From positions 7,626,001-7,690,000 of the forward strand of contig CP075497.1 of the NCBI GenBank assembly GCA_021613535.1: DNA of 64,000 nt, read 5' to 3'. Position numbers and translations under genes: made by a program. The stretch comes from Adineta vaga. Lineage: Eukaryota > Animalia > Rotifera. Positions 26,724 to 39,768 of the stretch are shown here, in pieces (the stretch's first letter is position 1; each line of letters starts with the position of its first letter). Under the pieces are notes generated by a model. That model was given only the letters and a program-made list of their open reading frames with translations, did not search any database and was not told where the DNA came from.

Positions 26724-27491
26724 TATCGAACATCTTCTTCTATGTGATATAATCTATAAAACTGATTTGATTTCTAAGAAAAAGAAAAATAGACATTATG
26801 ATTTGATTTTCAAATTGATCATCTAGTTGAATAATATGAAAATCGTAGTTTATATACACGTCTAGATAGACAAAGGCACTATTGAAAGAGAATGTGAATT
26901 TAATAATCACCATCACAAAAACTCTTTGAATAATGCTTTCGTTTTTGTTTAAACTTACTGTTTGTTTTGTTTCGAACTAAAACATATGTGCGTATTTCAA
27001 TGTATTCGTGATTGTATTTATAGGTAGTAAGTTCGTTTTTTCTCTTCGTTTTAACACTTGTCTCATTTTCTCTCTCTCTCTCTTCCTCTCTCTGACTGTG
27101 TCTCTTCTTTTCTCATAAGTCAACCAGCTTTTCATATTGAATGCATTCAAGCATGGATTTTTTTTTCACCTATTGAAAAGATAATAATGCATAGATAGGT
27201 GAAAAGAGGATGGTCATCAGTCAATGAATATGTGCATATATTTAACATGCACATTAGGATAAAAGCGAGAAAGCAATTGCTCGAAGGTATGTTGAAAACA
27301 AACAGACAAGCCGAATGAATATCGATGATATTATCGTGTCACATCTATTTAGGCTATTGGATATCGTCACATATATACATTCACCTTTTGCGTTTTTTCT
27401 CTCTCTCTCTTTCAACTGTCTCGATTTATGGGATGAATTGCTTGATGAAACAGAGACGTAGTCGATGAATAATCATTGAAGTACTTTGTAT

Positions 27492-27515
27492 AAAACAAAA
27501 CAAAACAAAACAAAA
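27492..27515 (+). repeat. (AAAAC)n microsatellite
   Basis: aaaacaaaacaaaacaaaacaaaac seen directly. Confidence 0.85.
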
Positions 27516-28461
27516 CTTTGAATTTTCTAAGCCAAAAAAAGATTGATATTCACTCTGATTATATCAAACAGTCGTCTTGAGCAAAAAAAACATTTATTTA
27601 TAATCTTAATTAAACCACAGCTGTTTTATTTCACAATAGAAATTTGATGTTATCTTTTCTATTCTTTAAAATTCTTATCAATCATTTCAATCATCAACAA
27701 ATATTAAAAGGTTTTTCACTTTTTTTGAAAACAATCGATCCTTTACAAAATGTTTCTTTTGTCTTTGATAATACCCATATTGAACTTTTGACGTGCCGCA
27801 TTTAATGTTAAATTGCTTTTAGGAAAAAACTCTATATAGTTAATTACATCTTTGTAAAACATCCTGAATATCTTCATTATATTTTCACTTAGAAAAGAGA
27901 GAAAAAAACTTCTAAACTTCAAATAAACATTTGAATTGCCGTCAAAACAATTATTTAATTAAAAAACCTATACTAGTTGAGAAATTTCTAGCGAAGAAAA
28001 AGAATATGGGAGGAAAATCATCATGAGCAATGGTTTTTTAACCAATGAAAATCAAGTTAGTAGAAACAAGAAAAACCTATAGTTGAGCAGAATGCACTAT
28101 CAAAGACAAGAACAGAGACAATCGTGTGCGTTGAGTAGGACTAGTGGAGCCTACGCACTTTCAATGTCAAATACAAATTGATTGAAAATCTCTGGAGATT
28201 ATTTGTTTTATACGATTAAACAAAAAAATTTTCTTCTTTTTCAGATCAAATAATGTCTTAAAAAACAAAAAAGACTGATTTCAGAGAAAAAAAAACTTTA
28301 AGGTCAATAATGGCGGCCTTATTAGTTCAAAAGAATCATGGTAAGAAAAGCTTCGAGAACAAGTTAAATAATTGATGACTTTATTTTTTCTTCTTCTTTC
28401 AGATTAATAAAAACAAAGATGACGAATCTTTGAAATAAAAGAATACTTTCAGAATTTTTTC

Positions 28462-31400
28462 ATGGATATAACACCTGATTTAAGTCATTTAACTGTTGAT
28501 GAAAGAAAAATAATCGAAGCTGTTATTAATCGAGATAAAGCTGAAGTCAAATGTGATACTGGTCAAACTTCGTAAGATAAAATTACAAAATAAAACACTA
28601 ACAACTTTCAACGATACTATTTCATTTCTAATTTAGTTTGGCATATGACAATTATTCAGCGCCATCGTTAGCAATATCATCTCGTCGTTATTCTCAATCG
28701 AATGAATCAGGCGTTTTTTGTCAAATATGTCAACGAACAAAATTCGTTAATGAACAATCATCTCGTCAATGTTCCATATGTCAAAAACGTTTCTGTGTTC
28801 GTTGTGGTATTCGTGTGAAATCACACTATTATCTTTGTCAGCAATGTCGACAAAAGCAAGAACATTATTTTTCTTCAACAAAAACTATTTGTAAACAATA
28901 CGTATCTGATTATATTTTATCTCAGACAACAGATTCAAATTCAATGAATAAAGATGGTCTTAATCAACAACGTATTTTACCGAAATTGAATACTGATAAT
29001 AATGAGGATACGTCATCACCTGAATCCATTGCAATGTCTGATAAAAATCAACGATTATTACCCGTCATTAAACAAGATATGCGTTCCATGAATATTCTAC
29101 GAGATTTTCAATATCATTCACTTGAAGATCGAGAAATAGGTCACGAATATACATTGAAAGATTCGGGAATTGATACAGCAAGTTCAAGTACAATTTTAAA
29201 TGTTATACCGACAGATCAATTTCAAAAGGTTTCTATAAATGTTGTTGTTTTTTGTCTCGTGTATGTGTTCTCTATATCGGAATGGAAATATTCTAATTAA
29301 TAATTCATTGCCGTTTTCTAGCCGATGACATATTGGCGTTTTAATGAAACACGTACTGAACAAATTGGTTATATTTATTTGAAAAATAATCTTTCAACCT
29401 ATGAACGTGAACATCAAAAATTAAGTATAGGAGATATATTCAATACATTAGGTTTGACAATCGAAGGAAATCAAGAAAATCTTGTGGAAATTGTTAAAGT
29501 TCTACCGGGAAGTATTGCTGATAGTTATGGACAATTACATGCTGGTATATTTTATAGCAAAAAATATCGAATGTGTTTCGTTTAGAAAAGAAAAGTTTTT
29601 GATTTTAGGTGATCAAATACTTGAATGGAATGGCGAGAAATTAATAAATATTAATTTAAATGATATAAATCGTATTCTTTCGAAAATTCCTCTTCATTCT
29701 CCACAAATTCATATGATTGTGAAACGATCACTCAGGTATATATTTCATATAAAATGATTAATCTTTTAAAAGTCGATTGTTTAGAAATCCAACTGTATCT
29801 ACTAATAATGATCATTTATTACCAAATCGATTTTTCGAAGGTAAAGAAAAAAAAGGAAGAAAGATTTTTTATTGAGTTTATATTCTTGTGCGACACTTCT
29901 TATTGTCATTTGTGCTTCCTTCCTTTATCCTAAAGAATAAGGCAAATCATAATGAACTGTATAGAAAAAGACGAATGATGAAGAGAAGAGAAAAGAAAAC
30001 CGATAATAAAGAAATGCTTGGACAAATACTCACTCTTGAAGAATGAGTTGTACTTCATTCCTTTTTCTCATCTCTCGATGAATACTAAATCTTTCTCTCT
30101 TCCTTCTTCGTCTGCTTCTTCTTTTTTTTTTCTTCTTCGAAACAACATTGCAGACGTTCTCCATAGAATATGAGAAGAAAAGAAGAAAATACTCACGCCC
30201 ATTCTCTCTTCACAACAAGACAATCATTGCTTTTTTTTCTCTGAAAATTCATTACAATATATAACAAATTCAATGACATTAATACTGATAGTTTCTTCAG
30301 GGAAATATCATGCTTTTTTCTAATTATTCAGTTGATCAAATAAATGCAAAGATCATAACTAGAACTATTTTGCATTTATTAATATGTTTGCTTTTCTTTC
30401 TAGAAGATAAAATCATACCATCAACAATAGACACCCATTCTATTCAATTACAGGTAAATCTATATTCGAAGTGAGAAAAAAACAAACACACACAAACATT
30501 TTCTTCTCTTCGTAGCTTTCATTTCGATATGATGAAAATTGTTTACATATTATGATCTATGGTGCTAGAAATATTCCTCTTAGTCAAGGTCTCTTGGCCT
30601 GTCAAGTATCATTGCAATCGGAACATGATATATCGTAAATTACAAATTGAATACGATAGTCTTTTGAAAATTCGTTTCATATTTTATTTTAGATCAAAAC
30701 AAGAGAAATGCACAAAAGCTCAACCATGTTCATTAGGAACATGTACATGGAATCAACATATAATCTTTTTTGATCTTGAAACACTTGAAAATATATTATT
30801 ATGGATTAAATTAATCAATCTTGAGCATAATCAAGACATTTTAGGTGAAATAAAATTTCAAGAATTAAATTTAAATAACGATTCACAATGGTACAAATTA
30901 AATAGTACATCCGATGGTTTGTTTTGAAAAAGAAGAAAAAAAACAATTTCCTTCCATTAAAAACATTTATTTTACATTCAGGAATAGCATCCAGTCATGT
31001 TTACTCTTCAGCAACAGACACGTAAGAAATAGAAGAATAATCTCAATTTTATTTTTAATATTCAAAATGTCTTTTAGGCCACCAATGACAGCACATGCTC
31101 GTAAAAGACAACTGCCAGATATCCCAACAGCACAGCTAGAAGCGAATAGAGAGAAAGGTTTTTCTTTTGTTTTTGAATTCTAATTAGTATTCTACAAATC
31201 TTATTTTAATAAATAGTTTCACAAGATTTATTTCAAAAAGCGGCAGAATTAAAGTTACGTCTTCATATGCAATCAAAAAATGATAAGTCTCTTCTTACGC
31301 AACGTAGCTTTGATCAGACAGATTCCATTTATCAAAAAATGTACGAAGATCGTACGCGATCGACTGATGGTAATTCAAGAAAATCACTGGTTAACTTAAT

Positions 31401-33169
31401 GACATCATCGTCAAAAGCATTGTCATCCACAAATCTCAAAGATAAAATACGTATACCAATCATTCGAGACAAAAGTGTACCAGCTACAATACCCGTAAGA
31501 CAAACGATGACAGCTGGACAAACTTACGTTGATGTGGAAAAAACGAAAACAAAATCTGTAGAAGAAAAATATCGAAAAACGATTAAAAAACGATGTAAAT
31601 GAATACTTCGTTGAATGTTCAATTTTAATAGAAGTCTTTTTTTCCAGATTCTTCAGAAACACACGCAGATGATGTTGATTCTGATGGATCGGAATTATCA
31701 TCTGCTTCCCGACTTAGTTCAATTAGTGCATTATCGACACAATCAGAACGGCCTCGACATTTACGAAAACAAAAGTCTTTAGATCATATTTTCGTTCTAA
31801 TTTCTTTCAAATAAACTCTTGTTTTGTTTTCTAGTTTATCAAGACGTAATCATGAACATTTATATCCAAATGATGAAGTGCAGTTAAATGACGAAGAACT
31901 TCGACAAATGGCAATGCCTTTCCATGATACAACGACACATTCACATACAAATCCTTCAACTACGACAGATCTATCGGCAGCTACAGCAACACCACCACCA
32001 CCACCACCATCGTCATCATCAACAACAACAAAAACAAATGTTTCAAATGGAAAATCTACGAAAGCGGAACAACGTAACGATGGTACATTATCTGATTCTG
32101 CTCTCAGTACTCAATCTGAACCGAATAAAAAACGGCAACCATCTATGTCATCAAAAGCTCTCGTTATACTTGGATTATCGAAAAAAGCCAATAGTTCATC
32201 GAATCTTGGTGGTGGTAAATTGATTCTTAATAATCGATTTATCTCTGTTTGATTGTTACTATAGGTAAACGATATGGCTTTCAAAGAAGTGAAGAAGTTG
32301 GTGTTCAACCACATTTACGTAATCGAACTTTACAACAACAAACAAGTAAAGAAAATGAAACACCATCTAGTGCTCCACCTTCAATATCATCACCTCGATC
32401 ATTATTCAATACAACTACTCAGCATTCTCTACCTACTGATATGGCCAAGTATGATTCGTATTCAATTGACTGAATGAATAAATTCTGATGAATTTCATTT
32501 ATTAGATTATGGTCGGGTGGATTGAAATTACCTCATGAACATCAATTTACTGAATTTATTGAAGATTTAGGAAAAGGACAATTAGTTGGTCGACAAGTTC
32601 TTGCTTCTCCTTGTCACGGTGAAATTCAAGTAGGTCTTCGAAATCAAAATGGCCTACTCGAAGTTGAAATAGTACGAGCAAGAAATCTGATTCAAAAATC
32701 CTTTTATAAATTACCTCCAGGTTTGTTTATTTGCTCATCAGTTTGATAAATCTATTTTCTCGTTTGAATTTTAATAGCACCTTATGTGAAAGTATATCTT
32801 CTTGATGGAAAAACATGTGTAGAAAAACAACGTACACGAACAACCCGGCGTACACTTGATCCACTGATTCAACAGACCCTTCTATTTAAAGAATATTTTC
32901 GAGATAAAATTTTACAAGTAAATAAAATGATTTTCGAAATATTCGTATCGACGATTCTTTTTTCATTTAAATAGATTAGCATTTGGGCTGATTATGGTAA
33001 ATTGGATCGAAAAGTATTCATGGGTGTTTGTCAAATCGGCTTGGATGAAGTGAATTTGAATACTTCTCAACAAACTCTAGATTGGTATAAATTATTTTCT
33101 GCTAATTCTTTGATGAATAATTATACGATTGTTCAACAATCATCCAAAAGAAAAAATACAATATCATAG
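28462..33169 (+). CDS. RIMS: Regulating synaptic membrane exocytosis protein (RIM/UNC-10)
   Basis: PDLSHLTVDERKIIEAVINR Rab-binding helix, zinc finger (CQICQRTKF...CSICQKRFCVRCG...LCQQC), PDZ (KVLPGSIADSYGQLHAGDQILEWNG), divergent C2A, RQLP motif, GFQRSEEV, C2B (FIEDLGKGQLVGRQVLASPCHGEIQ...APYVKVYLL...IWADYGKLDRKVFMGVCQI...WYKLF). Confidence 0.93.
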
Positions 33170-34619
33170 AAAGAAAAGTATTGTCTTTTATTATTTATTT
33201 CTTCGTTTTTATCTTTTCTATTTAGATTCACACTGAAGATTACAATCTATTTATCTATTAATTGATGTTTTTGTTTTTTCTTATTTGATATAATTGTAAG
33301 AAAAGAATATTTTTAGTTAAAAAATTTATTTCAAAATATTATTTGTTTTTCTCTTCTCATCCCATTCTTCTTTTGTTCTTCATTGCTTTGTTTCTCTGTT
33401 AATTAATAAATGTATATCTAATGATAATTATCATAGAACATTCAATTTCAATTGTTAAAAGTTCAATCTATTCTGATGATTAAGTATTGTTGTAGATTTG
33501 CATCATTGCGTATTCCAATTAACGAGTTCGGTTATCAATGTCAACCATGTATTGACAGTTTTCATTCAGGTATTCGAATAGAAATCTAAATGTCTCTCAT
33601 TTATGCTTAGATATTTGTTTCAATCAGTTTCCCAGATTAGATATCTTCTGTCGAATTATTTAACAAGAAACATATTGACTTTTTGATAAATTATACTTTG
33701 CAAAGTGCTGACGTATACGATGACATATTCTTCTTTTTGTTCTGTTGACACTTCAATGTAAATCATTTTCTAAATGCATTTCCTGTTCTGCACTTGACTC
33801 AATCAACGGCTAAAAGTACCTGTTTCATTTCTTATTGGTTTCTATTTAATTACTTGAGACATGATCGAGTGTATCACCGTAAGAGATCACTTATTTAAAA
33901 ACATACTCCGATAAGAAGTTCAGCTTTTTTAATAGTTTCCTATTTTAGAGTAAGTCTAGAGAAAGAAAAGAACAGTTCTAGGGTGATCCTTCAGAAAATA
34001 GACTACTAGTCTCAATACATAATTTCATTGGTTGATTTTCACTTGGAAATATAATTCATGTCGATTAAATTTATCGGTTCATTATGCAATTAAGAAATCT
34101 ATCGATTCAGATATATTGATCTAATTTTAGACTTTTAATTGCAAAGATTTGATCTTCGATATTTTATAAAACTAACAGATTGTAAAAGGCTTAATTGAAA
34201 ATCACATTTGGTTTACAAAAGAAATATTTCAATTTGCATGAGACATCTTTTTTCATGATGTGTAAATAAATAAAATAGAAAATTGTTCATATTCTTGTTC
34301 TCTTCTTTAAATAAATAATCACATTCATTTGGAATGAATAAATCTCGGAAAATACAAACGTATTTTTATAAGAAATACTAGACATATCGAAAAAAGATTA
34401 TAGCACATAGATAATACATGTAATGTTTAGAAGGAAAACAAAATCAATGCACATAGAAAAAAATGACTATGTATAATCATCACTAAAGTTTCATTGAAAG
34501 ATACGTATAAAAAAAATTACAGAACACAATTAATGCACTAGTTAATTATCTGAAGATTATATTCGCTTCTCACCATTAAATATGAACAGAAAAAACGATC
34601 ATGTTTTGTTTGTTTTATA

Positions 34620-37600
34620 TCAAGTTTTATAGTAGAACAGGAAAAACATACACAGATTTCCAAATAATGTAAATGCAGCACCGATTACCATACAAAAATT
34701 TACACCTGTGCGCTCTAGTAATGGACCTAGAGAAACAGCTACTATCAATTCACCGAGAAAATAACAACTATTCAACAGAGAACAATCTACACCTATACCA
34801 CGCTTCGAACCATCTCTATTTTTATACTAAACAAGACAAAAAAGTTCATTTCAATTAAACAGAATGTAGAAAGAAAAACAAAAATATCATCTTTACCGAT
34901 TCATCTGCATGAAATTGTGATAACATATGATAAGGAAGAGTATTTAATGAAACGACTAACATTCCAACTAGAATGCAATAATAACAGTAAGCATGGATGT
35001 AGTTAAAAATAAAAGTGACTTACAGGTAACACACATGATGATATTAACAACAATTTCATGAACAAAGAAGTTTACCATACATCCAATTGCATAGACGAAA
35101 TAGCCAACAAAATAAAGTGTTTTCAGAGAAAACTTTTCTGCTAACCATCTTTCCAAACAAACTAGAATAAATAATATATATATAGACTTAAATCTTATGA
35201 AAATCGATGTTGATTTCTTTTGATTTACATGCATAAACAGCACTACTAGCTGAATATAAAAATAAACCCCAACAACCCATTGTAACACCGTGTTTATATC
35301 GTTCTAAACCAGCATCATCACCATGTTCAAATGTGCCATTATATACTGTCTGTTAAGATAAAAAAGAGATATGTTATAATTAATTTAGAATTCCTATAAA
35401 TATTCTATTCTTACCGTAGCCACAAAATCTGTATAATATAAATGAGTAGCAAAATAACCAATCCAACCAATAACTTGACATATCATTAATTTCCATAATC
35501 GAGGAGGCATCTAATTAATATTTTAGAAAATATAGATATCTTTGTCGTTAAGAATAAGAAACGAAAACACATACTCGAACCATTGAAATAAGCATCGATT
35601 TGATGGTAACATTATCTTTTTCATCATAATCATCAATGTCTTCTGAAGCTGGACGACGCATCAGACCTATTTTATTCAACAAAAGAACAAGTTTTCGAAT
35701 CCAAATCGAATATAAGAATTCATTGAAGTTTACCTAATTTAACGAGTTTCGCTTTTTGTTTAAGTTCAGCTGCGAATGCTTGTGTTGGAACAGGTGTAGG
35801 ATTAGCTGGATCAGCATTGGTTATGGATGCAGCTGCAATTTGATGAGAATTTTCCAATTTTTGTAATAATATAGTTTCATTTGTTCTGTCTTCATGGTCA
35901 TGAGGAATATGTCTACCTGTTGCTGGATCAATTTCCAGAAAGCCTTCTTGATTATTCAATCCACTTAAATATATATTGGCTGTTGAACGATCATTTCTAC
36001 TACTTGTATTATATCCTCGAGAACTATTTCGACGAAGAGAAAGTAAAGGACGCTTTTCATCAGTTTCGATTTCTGCTTGATCATCGTCATTTGAATTTCC
36101 TGTATCACCATTATCACGAGAAGATGAAGATATAAGTGGTTCTTCAGGAACACTTGTCAACGTTGATATAGAACAGATAATAAATAAAAAAGTTGCAACA
36201 TAAAAAATCACACTAAATTCACCACCTAGAATATAAACAAATTATTTAGCATCATTCGACTTGCATCATGCCTTTATATTTACCATCTTTAGAAAACATC
36301 GGAACATATGGCCAATTCATGGCACCAACAATAAAACCCAAACCACCTCCAAAGCCTATTGAAAATAGATCAAAATTTCATTATTTTGTTCATCTAGTAC
36401 ATCATAATTTACCTCCTAAAAAATGAAAAATATAGATAGATTGAATTTTACACTAAAATCATTTATTTTTTACCAAGAATAGCATGTATATTAAATCCTC
36501 GTTCTTGATCTGATAGATTTGTTGTATCGATTAAATAAGCACGAATTGGAGCATCAGCACTATCCGCACAAAAGTCTATATCGCATATGATCATTCGTCT
36601 GTTAAAGATTATTATTTATATTCTTCTTACCGAGAAAAGTAACACCCACTGCTGTCAATACGATTGCTTTATATGGAATCTTTTCAAAAGTAACAACAAA
36701 AAGTATATATAAATGAAATAGAAAATCAAAACATACTGTTCCAGGTGTTGTTGGATCTCCAAGAAGCACACCTAGATCAGTACTATTCAGTAGTAATGTT
36801 ACGCCAATAAAAGCACCTAGAAGATGATAAAAATGCAATGTTTTCATAGAAGATTCTCTTATAAATTCGACTTACCAATAGCAAATGCTAGAATGAATGG
36901 TCGTCGTCTTCCCCATCGACATTTACATGTATCACTCCACATACCAATGATTGGTTGTAGAAAAAAACCAAGAATAGGACTTATTAACCAAGCCATAGAA
37001 TAAAATCTTGATAGAAAAATTTTTATAAGAAAAAATTCCTATATATCTGATAAAACATACGATTCAGGTACACGAAGTGAAGTTAAAATAGGTACGGTAA
37101 GTGCTGTTTCAACAGCATACATAAATTCAATAGCAAAGAAGAATAGCACCAAACGTAGAATAACCCATATACTCTTTGATGGTAGCTGATCTATAATAAA
37201 AAAATAGAAAAATAATCATTTAATTCGTAAATGTATTATAATTGAATAATGAGCATAATATTAAGTAGGTAGATTAGACTAGACTAGACAAGACATATGT
37301 ATTTATATTAATGATGCCAACTGTCAGACAACCAAACAGGATGTCTTCTCATTCAATTTAGCTGAATGATATTCCTCAAGGAAATAACATGATTGTTATA
37401 CCATAAAGATAATTAAGCTATATGGATTTATATTATTAATGTACTTTTCCATTGCAGGTAATTCTACGGTTGAAATTTGTTTTTCATGTATCTTTGTTAG
37501 TACTTTCTTTCTAATTTCCTTATAGTATCATTTTTAATATGCGTAAGTCTCGTACTCTTTTGAGCTTTTTCCAATATAATTAATTTGATGTTCGAAGGTC

Positions 37601-39768
37601 ATGTTTCTACATGTTCTTTCATGTATAAATAGTTTGATCTTAAAAACATATTTCCTTTCTTTTCAACTATCGTTATACAAAGAAGGAAAATATTTTTTTC
37701 CTGAACATTGATTGATGATCAGGTGTGAATAGAAATCTATAGAATTAATCGAACAATAGTCGAACATATAATTCACTCGTTCTTTGATGAATATAGATGT
37801 TCAATTCGGTGTACGTGAGACTCTACGGAACAATAACGTTAGCCCAGATGATTATACGAGCTTCATTCTATTCAATGCGTGCCCGACCGCTAATTTTTCC
37901 TTCCGTTTCCTTACTCACACATCTAAACAGAACAAAAGTTTCCTTCTAAAAAAACCGAAGAAAGAAGATGAAGCAGAGACAGAGAGAGAGAGAGAGAAAA
38001 AAAAGGAATATAATAACGCTAGACATTCACATCTCCGTGTAAGAAGAAACTATCAGAATAGAAAAAGATGATAACTTCTCAATCAACATTATCGGAATAT
38101 TAATCGATAATCATTCTAATTCTCGTCAATTTTTTAATATGATAAATCTTTTCTTAATCATGTCAACAAATCAAATAGATCAGTTAATTTTATTTCAACG
38201 TCTATTAATTATATTTGGTTCAATATGTTTTCTTTGGTTAATTATTGGCCTTATATTTCTTTCCATTGAAACATATCGTCGTTTGAAAAAGAAATCCAAT
38301 AGAAAATTTTCCACTAGTCATCATCTATCGTTGCATTTACCATCGACAAGTTTTAAAAAAAGTCAACAATCATTCGCAGGAGATTATATATCTGATAATA
38401 ATCCAAACGATGAAGTCGATAGTATGGATGATCAAACAAGTATTATGACTTCTGTATCATTTATTTCCGAAAGACCAAAGATGAATCATGAACATCCATA
38501 TTATATTTCCCCATGTCAACGTATATCTGAAGAACAGCTTGCACTAACACTTCCGTCTCCAACAGGGACTTCGAACTTAGCTTATAGTTCATCAACATTA
38601 TCGTCATCTATTGATAACGATCCATCATTTTTCTATTATCCAGCTTGTCATAATTTTGCTTATTCTCAATCGACATTGGCGTCATCGAATGATAATTTTG
38701 ATCAGAAAATATCAACACCTCCAGTCATCTTTCCTCTAATTAACTCAACGTCTTCAACTCATCAATTTAATTTCGAACGTCAATCATCTACAAATACAAT
38801 CATGAGTCAATTGACACATGAAACATGTTTATCATCATCGAAATCTTCGATAAAACCTATTCCATTACCAACATTAATGATTACTGATGTTGATCGATTA
38901 CAAACTGATATTATTGAACTTGAAGATTTTGAACCCGAAAAGGAATGGTATCGAAATAGGTCTCACTTAAGATATTTAATTAATGATCGATTACCCATGA
39001 AAATCAAATAATCTATCTTAGTAAAACAAATTACCTTCGTCTTCATCTTCATTTTCATTATCACCGGTTTCAATTGCTGGTGATGCTGTTCTATTTTGTC
39101 TATAACCAGGAAATAAATGTCTTGGCATTGGTGGAGCTATAAACAAAATAAACGATTTTTCGAATAAAATTTTGTATGACTTTTTTTCCTTTACCTTTTG
39201 GTATTCTTTGTCTTCTTAGAGCGAAATATGCACGTCGAAAAGCAGGTCGTTGTTCATAATATGATAAACCATCAAGACTATTGCCTAAATCTGATATTCG
39301 ATGAATTCCTTTCGAACTTTGTCTTTGTAAATATGGATAACGATTACGATTTTGTGAATGATGTGGAAAATGATGATGATGATGACTATGTCTGGAAATA
39401 GTCGAAGAAGGTAATGGATGATCAACATCAATAGCTGCTAATGAACGTGATAATTGAGGATCTGTTGTTGTTATTGGTCCTGAAAAAGCGACATTATCTG
39501 TCGTATTATTCATTCCCATATTGATATAAACGGGTAATGTTGGTGCAGAAAATCCTTGTAAAAGATCGAAAGGTGTATCATTGGATGGAAGTACTGGTGC
39601 ATCAATAAAAATTGATGATGATACTGGAGGTATATCATCTGTTCGAATAGGTAAAGTATTTTCGATTGATGTATCATACATGGATGTGTAAGATAAATTT
39701 TGTTCATGACCGGAATATAAATTTCCTGTTGGTTCACTTTTAACGGATGAGGGTGGTGAACTTGCCAT
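34620..39768 (-). CDS. SLC45-family (MATP / proton-associated sugar transporter-like) MFS transporter with long N-terminal extension
   Basis: [89 protein letters not shown]. Exons at 39035-39768 join in phase (g|at) across intron 37191-39034. The 5' join is my inference. Confidence 0.88.
38139..39011 (+). CDS. Intronless single-pass membrane protein with Ser-rich cytoplasmic tail, nested antisense in the SLC45 intron
   Basis: 290-aa ORF in AT-rich DNA; [24 protein letters not shown] followed by the basic stop-transfer [10 protein letters not shown]. Start may be Met at 38160. Confidence 0.75.
   Translation: MINLFLIMSTNQIDQLILFQRLLIIFGSICFLWLIIGLIFLSIETYRRLKKKSNRKFSTSHHLSLHLPSTSFKKSQQSFAGDYISDNNPNDEVDSMDDQTSIMTSVSFISERPKMNHEHPYYISPCQRISEEQLALTLPSPTGTSNLAYSSSTLSSSIDNDPSFFYYPACHNFAYSQSTLASSNDNFDQKISTPPVIFPLINSTSSTHQFNFERQSSTNTIMSQLTHETCLSSSKSSIKPIPLPTLMITDVDRLQTDIIELEDFEPEKEWYRNRSHLRYLINDRLPMKIK

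Noticed and set aside
28125-28158. Small hairpin gtgc..gtagg..cctac.gcac upstream of RIM
   Set aside because: Short bulged stem that could occur by chance.
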